Under the pieces are notes generated by a model that was not told the DNA's origin, searched no databases, and saw only the letters and a list, made by a program, of their open reading frames with translations. Made by a program: the position numbers and the translations under genes. From the NCBI GenBank assembly GCA_022823775.1, contig JAJEHI010000062.1:1851-65850 (forward strand): a stretch of 64,000 nucleotides of DNA, written 5' to 3'. How positions within the stretch are numbered: position 1 is the first letter of the stretch; the number at the start of each line of letters is the position of its first letter. Shown here in pieces: positions 57,866-64,000 of this stretch. The DNA is from Defluviicoccus sp. Its GTDB lineage: Bacteria > Pseudomonadota > Alphaproteobacteria > MPNO01.

Positions 57866-58804
57866 TCAGAGCTTCAGCAGCGCCTCGATGTCTTCGGGAC
57901 CTTCCACGGAGAGCGCGGCGAGGTCGGGATCGATTCGCCTGGCTAGCCCGGTCAGCACCTTTCCGGCGCCGATTTCGACCACGGTTCCGATGCCGGCGTC
58001 GCGTATGGCGAGCACGCATTCGCGCCACCGCACAAGCCCGGTCACCTGGGCGACGAGCAGTTCGCGGATTTCATCCGGATCCGAAACCGGTTCGGCGGAA
58101 ACGTTGGCGACGAGCGGCGGATCGGGCGGGCCGATGTCGATGGTCGAGAGCGCTTGTTCCATGACCTCCGCCGCCGGCTGCAACAACCGGCAATGAAACG
58201 GCGCCGAGACCGAGAGCATGACCGCGCGCCGGATGCCGCGCTCCTTCGCCAGCGCCGCCGCCCGCTCGACGGCTTCGCTGTTGCCGGAAAGAACGACCTG
58301 GCCCGGCGCGTTGTCGTTGGCGACGTCGCAAACCTGGTCTTCCGCCGCATCCTCGGCGATCCCGCGCGCCTGTTCGAGCGTCGCGCCGAGCAGGGCGGCC
58401 ATCGCGCCTTCGCCCACGGGAACGGCCTCCTGCATCGCCCGGCCCCTGGTCCTCAGAAGCCGCGCCGCATCGGGCAGCGAAAACGCGCCGGCCGCGGCGA
58501 GCGCCGAGTACTCGCCCAGCGAATGGCCCGCCACGCGGGATACCCGGCCGGCGAAATCGAAACCCGCGTCCCGGGTGAGAACCCGAAAAACGGCCATGCC
58601 GATCGCCATCAGCGCAGGCTGGGTATTCTCCGTCAGGGTCAGGTCTTCCGCGGGTCCTTCGCGAACGATGCGCGACAGGTTCAGGCTGAGCGCGTCGTCG
58701 ACCTCTTCCAGCGTCTCGCGCGCGGTCGGAAAGGAAGCCAGCAGCGCCTCTCCCATACCCACGGCCTGGGAGCCCTGCCCCGGAAACACGAAGGCGATCG
58801 TCAT
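57866..58804 (-). CDS. fabD: ACP S-malonyltransferase
   Basis: From MTIAFVFPGQGSQAVGMG, with the active site GHSLGEYSALAAAG. Confidence 0.9.
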   Translation of the reverse strand: MTIAFVFPGQGSQAVGMGEALLASFPTARETLEEVDDALSLNLSRIVREGPAEDLTLTENTQPALMAIGMAVFRVLTRDAGFDFAGRVSRVAGHSLGEYSALAAAGAFSLPDAARLLRTRGRAMQEAVPVGEGAMAALLGATLEQARGIAEDAAEDQVCDVANDNAPGQVVLSGNSEAVERAAALAKERGIRRAVMLSVSAPFHCRLLQPAAEVMEQALSTIDIGPPDPPLVANVSAEPVSDPDEIRELLVAQVTGLVRWRECVLAIRDAGIGTVVEIGAGKVLTGLARRIDPDLAALSVEGPEDIEALLKL

Positions 58805-59070
58805 TTCAGTCCCGACGGGGAACGACAAGAATAGGCGCCGGAAACAGACACGGGGCGCGGAGTCCTGTCAACCCGCGCCGCCGGGGCGGCGGACGCGGGC
58901 GCTTGCTTGCGCGGGAAAGGGAAATGTGTATAGTCCGCGCGCCGTCGAGCGGATGGGATTCGCTTGTCTACGGCGGTTTGCCTGATTTTGTGGTCCGGGC
59001 GGAGCACACGGTCGCGAGGAGTCGGGACGCGTGCCGCTCGTCCGGGCAAGGCATCGAGGAGCGCCGCGAC

Positions 59071-59538
59071 GTGGCATTTTACGAGAGCGTCTATATCGCA
59101 CGACCGGATATCTCGGCCGCCCAGGTGGAGGCGCTCACCCAGCGCCTGACCGAGATCATCGAGGCGGGCGGCGGACGCGTCACCAAGAACGAATACTGGG
59201 GCCTGAAGAACCTGGCCTACCGGATCAAGAAGAATCGCAAGGGGCATTACTCGCTGCTCAACATCGACGCTCCGAGCGGCGCGGTGGGCGAATACGAGCG
59301 CAACATGCGCCTCAGCGAGGATGTGCTTCGCTACCTCACCGTGAAGGTCGACGAGCTGGACGACAATCCCTCGATCATGATGACCCGAGGCTCCCGGGAC
59401 GACCGCGGCCGCGGTCGGGGTCGGGGCTTCGGCGGCCGGGACGGGCCGAGGCCGCAGAGCGCGCCGCCGCCGGCGGCGGCGGATGCCGCCAAGGCGGAAA
59501 ACAAGCCCGCGGATGAGCCCAAGGAGACGACCGAATGA
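59071..59538 (+). CDS. rpsF: 30S ribosomal protein S6 (GTG start)
   Basis: [15 protein letters not shown]... ends in an Arg/Gly and acidic low-complexity tail. The GTG is in frame with track ORF 58903, with GAGGA upstream. Confidence 0.8.
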   Translation: MAFYESVYIARPDISAAQVEALTQRLTEIIEAGGGRVTKNEYWGLKNLAYRIKKNRKGHYSLLNIDAPSGAVGEYERNMRLSEDVLRYLTVKVDELDDNPSIMMTRGSRDDRGRGRGRGFGGRDGPRPQSAPPPAAADAAKAENKPADEPKETTE

Positions 59539-59762
59539 GCCGGCGGCCTTTCTTCCGGCGGCAAAAGAGCTGTCCGTTTTCCGGGCCCAACGCGCCCAAG
59601 ATCGACTACAAGGATGTGAGGCTCCTGCAGCGATTCACCTCCGAACGCGGCAAGATCGTGCCGAGCCGCATCACCGCGGTCTCCACCAAGAAGCAGCGCG
59701 AACTCGCCCAGGCGATCAAGCGCGCACGCAATATCGCGCTCTTGCCCTTCATCATCCGCTGA
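59535..59762 (+). CDS. rpsR: 30S ribosomal protein S18
   Basis: [34 protein letters not shown]... The ATG overlaps the rpsF stop. Confidence 0.95.
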   Translation: MSRRPFFRRQKSCPFSGPNAPKIDYKDVRLLQRFTSERGKIVPSRITAVSTKKQRELAQAIKRARNIALLPFIIR

Positions 59763-59786
59763 CGCCGGTCGGGGCGGCGGCGCGCC

Positions 59787-60728
59787 ATGTCCCGCCAGTT
59801 CCTCCTTGCCGTCGGCGCCGGAGCGCTAGCCGCGCTGTTCTACGTGGCGGTCGGGCTGGGTTCCTTCGGTTCGCTGATACTCGCCTATCTCGCGCAGCTT
59901 CCGCTGTTTGCGATCGGGCTCGGCGCCGGATTCCACCTCGCATTGCTCGCGTCCGGGGTCGGCACGGTTCTGATCGCCGCCGCCCTGCCGCTGAGCGCGG
60001 CCGGTCTGTTCCTGCTGACCGCCGCGCTTCCCGTGCTCGTTCTGACCAACCGCGCGCTGCTGAGCCGCACCGGTCCGGACGGCCGGGTGGAGTGGTATCC
60101 GCCGGGCCATCTGATCGCGATCCTCAACGGGCTGGCCCTCGCGGCGCTGGTCGGGGCCGCTCTCGCATTCTGGGGACACGACGGCGGCATGGTCGGCGCG
60201 GGCCGCGAACTGCTCGCCGAGATGCTGCGCGGATCGGTCGTCGGCGGGCTGAGCGAACAGGCTGTCGCGGCGGCGCAGAACCGGCTCGCCTGGTTTCTGC
60301 CCGCTCTGGTCCTGAGTTCCTGGCAGATCATGGTCATGGTGAATGGGGTGCTGGCCCAGGGAGTCCTTTCCCGCTTCTCCCTCGCCATTCGCCCGGGCGC
60401 GCCGTTCCGAGAGCTGTGGCTGCCGCAATGGCTGTCGGTCGCGCTCGCGGCCGCGCTGGTCGCCTCGTTCCTACCGGGGCGAATCGGCGATTTGGGCGGC
60501 AACGCGGCAATCGTGGCCGCGCTGCCCTTTGTCTTTCTCGGCCTGTCGGTTATACATGCGCTTTCGGTGCGCTGGCCTGCGCGGACGTTCGTCCTGGTTT
60601 GTCTGTATGTCGCGCTGTTCGTCGCCGGCTGGCCCGCCTTGATCGTCGCGGCGATCGGTTTTCTCGAAACATGGCTTTCCCTGCGGCAGCGGTTTTCGGG
60701 CGGCCGCCGTCAGGATGAGGAGGAGTAG
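59787..60728 (+). CDS. DUF2232-like polytopic membrane protein
   Basis: 313-aa multi-TM protein lying between rpsR and rplI. Confidence 0.65.
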   Translation: MSRQFLLAVGAGALAALFYVAVGLGSFGSLILAYLAQLPLFAIGLGAGFHLALLASGVGTVLIAAALPLSAAGLFLLTAALPVLVLTNRALLSRTGPDGRVEWYPPGHLIAILNGLALAALVGAALAFWGHDGGMVGAGRELLAEMLRGSVVGGLSEQAVAAAQNRLAWFLPALVLSSWQIMVMVNGVLAQGVLSRFSLAIRPGAPFRELWLPQWLSVALAAALVASFLPGRIGDLGGNAAIVAALPFVFLGLSVIHALSVRWPARTFVLVCLYVALFVAGWPALIVAAIGFLETWLSLRQRFSGGRRQDEEE

Positions 60729-60730
60729 CG

Positions 60731-61303
60731 ATGCAGGTGATCCTGTTGGAACGCATCGAGAAGCTCGGCCAGATGGGCGACGTGGTCGACGTCAAGCCGG
60801 GGTATGCGCGGAACTATCTTCTGCCGCGGCACAAGGCTCTGCGCGCGAGCGAGGCGAACATCCAGGCCTTCGAGGAGCGCCGGGTGCAGCTGGAGGCGGA
60901 CAATCTCGCGCGGCGCGAGGAAGCCGAAAAGGTTTCGGTCGATTTCGAGGGGCTCACGGTGGTCCTGACCCGGCAGGCTTCGGAGAGCGCCCAGCTCTAC
61001 GGCTCGGTGACGAAACGGGACATCGCGGACGCCGTGAGCGAAGCCGGCTTTACCATCGCCCGTAACCAGGTGGCGCTGGATCGCCCGATCAAAACGGTCG
61101 GCCTCCACGAGATCCGGGTTCAGCTGCACCCCGAGGTCTTCGTCACGATTACCGCCAATGTCGCGCGCACGGCGGAAGAAGCGGAGGCGCAGGCGCGCGG
61201 CGAGATCATCGGCGCGGACGACGACGAAGACGATGCCGTCGAGACCGTCCCGGCGGAGACCGCGGAAGACGCGCCCGCCGCGGATCCGCCGGCCGAGGAG
61301 TAG
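60731..61303 (+). CDS. rplI: 50S ribosomal protein L9
   Basis: [32 protein letters not shown]... The 190-aa protein has an acidic C-terminal extension. Confidence 0.95.
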   Translation: MQVILLERIEKLGQMGDVVDVKPGYARNYLLPRHKALRASEANIQAFEERRVQLEADNLARREEAEKVSVDFEGLTVVLTRQASESAQLYGSVTKRDIADAVSEAGFTIARNQVALDRPIKTVGLHEIRVQLHPEVFVTITANVARTAEEAEAQARGEIIGADDDEDDAVETVPAETAEDAPAADPPAEE

Positions 61304-61360
61304 CGGGCCCCGCCGCCGCGGCGCGGCCCGTCCGGGACACCGCATCGCCCCGCCGAACGC

Positions 61361-62128
61361 ATGAGTCGAGATCGAATCGCCTTCGTCGCCGGGCCGACCC
61401 GTCAGGCCCAAAGCGCCCTCAAGGCGCTCAAGAAGCGATACGGCTCGGTCGAGCCCGACGAGGCTGACGTCATCGTCGCGCTGGGCGGCGACGGGCTGAT
61501 GCTGGAAACGCTGCACCGGTTCATGGGCCGCAAGGTCCCGATCTACGGGATGAACCGCGGCACGGTGGGGTTTCTCCTCAACGCCTACGACAACCGCAGC
61601 CTGCGCGACCGGCTCGCCACCGCCCAGGAGGTCGAGCTCCGCCCGCTGTCGATGAAGGCGACCTCGATAGACGGTTCGAGGGTCACCGCGATGGCCATAA
61701 ACGAGGTGGCGTTGCTGCGCGAAACCCGTCAGGCGGCACGGGTGCGTATCCGCGTCGACGGTACGGTGCGGATGCCCGAGCTGGTCTGCGACGGGGCGAT
61801 CATCGCGACACCGGCCGGCAGCACCGCCTACAACCTGTCCGCTCACGGACCGATCATCCCGCTCGGCGCGCAGCTCCTCGCGCTGACGCCGATCAGCGCC
61901 TTCCGTCCCCGGCGCTGGCGCGGCGCGCTCCTGCCCTCCTCGGCGCGGCTCAGGATCGACGTGCTGGAGCCGAAGAAACGGCCCGTCAGCGCGGTCGCCG
62001 ATTACACCGAGGTGCGCGACGTGCGCTCGGTCGTCGTCCGGGAGGACCGTTCCGCGACCCTGACCCTATTGTTCGATCCGGAGCACAACCTGGAGGACCG
62101 GATCCTCAACGAGCAGTTTACCCCCTGA
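61361..62128 (+). CDS. nadK: NAD kinase
   Basis: [14 protein letters not shown] is the GGDG motif. The core NE/DGxxxxTPxGSTAYS region is present as NEVALL...[22 protein letters not shown]. Confidence 0.9.
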   Translation: MSRDRIAFVAGPTRQAQSALKALKKRYGSVEPDEADVIVALGGDGLMLETLHRFMGRKVPIYGMNRGTVGFLLNAYDNRSLRDRLATAQEVELRPLSMKATSIDGSRVTAMAINEVALLRETRQAARVRIRVDGTVRMPELVCDGAIIATPAGSTAYNLSAHGPIIPLGAQLLALTPISAFRPRRWRGALLPSSARLRIDVLEPKKRPVSAVADYTEVRDVRSVVVREDRSATLTLLFDPEHNLEDRILNEQFTP

Positions 62129-62198
62129 AACGCTCCGCCGGTTCGCCTTGGTAGAATTGCAGTCCGCTGGCGGCAGCCAATTGAAGGAGACATACCCA

Positions 62199-63227
62199 AT
62201 GGATATTCGAAACCGTCCTCACCGCCGCGTCCTGACCGCGGCCGCACTCGTCGCCGCGCTGGGAATCGCGGAAGCCGCGGCCGCCGCCGACAACAAGCTC
62301 TCGGTTGGCGCGCTCCGCTTCACCTCGCACAGCGGGGGCTTCATCGCCCTCGAGAACGGTCATTTCAAGAACGAAGGCCTGGACGTCGAGTTCCGCTTCT
62401 TCCAGGCGGCAGCGCCCACCGCGGTGGCCCTCGCCGGCGGCGACGTGGACTTCGCGATCGCGGGCGTCACGGGTGGCTACATGAACCTCGCCGCCAAGGG
62501 CGCGATCAAGGCCGTCGGCGGGGTCCTGCACGAACACAAGGACGTCGACGGCATGGCCATCATGGCCTCGATGAAGGCGTACGAGGCCGGTTTCACCAAA
62601 CCCGAGCAGCTCAAGGGCAAGTCGCTGGCGATGACCCAGTCGGGCTCGACCTTCCACTATATGGGTGCCGTCCTGGCGGAGAAATTCGGCTATTCGATCA
62701 AGGACATCACGGTGCGGCCGCTGCACAAGGTGGGCGCGATGATCGGCGCGTTCAAGTCGGGCCAGGTCGACGCCATGCTCATGGTGCCCCACATCGCCAA
62801 ACCTTTGGCCCGGGCCGGCGCGGGCAAGATCATCGGCTGGCTGCGCGATTACCGGCCCGACTACCAGATCACCGTGCTGCTGAGCTCGACGAAGAACATC
62901 GAGGAGAAGCCGGAGCTGGTGAAGAAGTTCCTGCGCGCCTACTCGCAGGGCATCGCGGACTTCAACCGGGTGATGTTGAACCAGTCCAAGGACCCGGCGG
63001 CGACCGAAGCGACGGTCAAGCTGATCCACAAATACGTCTACACCTCGCGTCCCTACGCCAAGGCGGCGCCGTCCATCAAGGCGGGCGCGATGTATCTCAA
63101 CCCCGGCGCGTCGCTCGATCTCAAGAGCATCGAGCACCAGCTGAAATGGCACCAGTCGCAGGGCTTCGTGCCGAAAACCGTCACGATGGACCAGATCGTC
63201 GATACAAGCTTCGTCGAGACGAACTGA
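62199..63227 (+). CDS. ABC transporter substrate-binding protein, NMT1/SsuA/TauA-like
   Basis: An N-terminus RNRPHRRVLTAAALVAALGIAEAAAA (signal, possibly Tat) is followed by a periplasmic-binding type 2 fold. The start is in frame with track ORF 62148. Confidence 0.7.
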   Translation: MDIRNRPHRRVLTAAALVAALGIAEAAAAADNKLSVGALRFTSHSGGFIALENGHFKNEGLDVEFRFFQAAAPTAVALAGGDVDFAIAGVTGGYMNLAAKGAIKAVGGVLHEHKDVDGMAIMASMKAYEAGFTKPEQLKGKSLAMTQSGSTFHYMGAVLAEKFGYSIKDITVRPLHKVGAMIGAFKSGQVDAMLMVPHIAKPLARAGAGKIIGWLRDYRPDYQITVLLSSTKNIEEKPELVKKFLRAYSQGIADFNRVMLNQSKDPAATEATVKLIHKYVYTSRPYAKAAPSIKAGAMYLNPGASLDLKSIEHQLKWHQSQGFVPKTVTMDQIVDTSFVETN

Positions 63228-63371
63228 CCGCGCCGTGCCCGAGCGGGGATCAGGGCCGGTCCCGAGGGGCCGGCCCTCTTCGTTGACGGTCGGGACACCG
63301 ACGCATCCGGGACTGAGTGGAACAAGGAACTTCCGCGCATGAACGACTTTCCAGGCATGAGGAGCGTCCGC

Positions 63372-64000
63372 ATGCAGGACCGGCCCGAGCAGGTCTACCG
63401 GGGCGACCTTTGCGTCGTGGGATCCGGCGCCGCAGGTCTGTCGGCAGCGCTGGAAGCGGTCAGGTTGGGCCGGAAAGTCGTTCTGGTGGATGCCGCGCCC
63501 CAACTCGGCGGTCAGGCGGTGGGCGCGGCGCTCGGCACGATCTGCGGGCTGTTCCGCAACGGGTCGGTGCCCAGACGCCTGACCCACGGCGTCATGGACG
63601 ACCTGTTCGAATTCCTGTTCGCGCGGGGCGATGCCTCCCTGCGCCGGGTCCGCGGCACCTTCATCCTGGACTACGTTCCGAACGCCTGGATGCGCTGGGC
63701 GGAACGGCGGATCGCGGAGACCGGGATCGTGCCCCTGCCCGGTGCCATCGTCCGGGGGATGGAACGCAGGGACGGCCATGTCGAGGCGCTCTCCCTCAGC
63801 ACCCGCTTCGGCGATGCGAGGGTAGAGGCCGGACACTTCGTCGACGCCTCGGGCGACGCGATCCTCGCCTGGCAGGCAGGGCTGGAGCTGCGGGAGTCGG
63901 AGACGCAGGTCCTCGGCACGGTCATGGCGATCCTGGAGGATGTGGACACGGGGCTCTGCGCGGAATACCCGCGCTCGCTCTATCACGAGCTGATCCGCAG
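63372..64000 (+). CDS. FAD-dependent oxidoreductase, partial (continues beyond window end)
   Basis: The dinucleotide-binding motif DLCVVGSGAAGLSAALEA is followed by VVLVDAAPQLGGQ. GAGGAG lies 8 nt before the ATG at 63372. In-frame ATGs at 63339 and 63357 are alternatives. Confidence 0.65.
   Translation, partial: MQDRPEQVYRGDLCVVGSGAAGLSAALEAVRLGRKVVLVDAAPQLGGQAVGAALGTICGLFRNGSVPRRLTHGVMDDLFEFLFARGDASLRRVRGTFILDYVPNAWMRWAERRIAETGIVPLPGAIVRGMERRDGHVEALSLSTRFGDARVEAGHFVDASGDAILAWQAGLELRESETQVLGTVMAILEDVDTGLCAEYPRSLYHELIR

Overview
This is a high-GC (about 65-70%) alphaproteobacterial-type chromosomal window with roughly 65 coding genes and no rRNA, tRNA or CRISPR that I could see. The first third (1-21.2 kb) is an accessory catabolic/transport region. 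It contains a Pot-like ABC importer, a three-subunit xanthine-dehydrogenase-family molybdenum hydroxylase in coxM-S-L order, and an XRE-cupin regulator. It also contains a CocE/NonD hydrolase, an isochorismatase-family hydrolase, a zeta-class GST isomerase, an Old-Yellow-Enzyme flavoprotein and an MBL-fold hydrolase, followed by a BMP-family nucleoside-type ABC importer and a translationally coupled GST and cytosine-deaminase-like amidohydrolase. At 21.2-28.7 kb lies a decayed mobile region. It holds remnants of three different IS families, a low-GC secreted ORF, and then an intact-looking integrative module (P4-type tyrosine integrase, AlpA-like excisionase, acidic hypothetical protein, AAA_25-like ATPase, a 492-aa unknown protein) ending in four 22-bp tandem repeats plus an inverted copy. 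The module sits immediately upstream of plsY. The remainder (28.7-64 kb) is conserved housekeeping. It comprises plsY-dprA-topA-rnr, rpmG, aspS, rnd, hdaA, pgsA, purM-purN, ndk, holC, pepA, surA-pdxA-rsmA, gmk, yicC, rmuC, mltG, the fabD-fabG-acpP-fabF cluster and rpsF-rpsR-DUF2232-rplI. It also includes nadK, an NMT1/SsuA-like binding protein and a partial FAD oxidoreductase. Most minus-strand or antisense long ORFs in the six-frame track are GC-driven artefacts. The track appears to accept GTG/TTG starts but print them as M. The coordinates I give for internal start sites were computed in frame from the ORF-track boundaries. The genes not in the track (rpmG, the 42-aa ORF, the FAD oxidoreductase) and the repeat/regulatory positions rest on line counting and may be off by +/-1.
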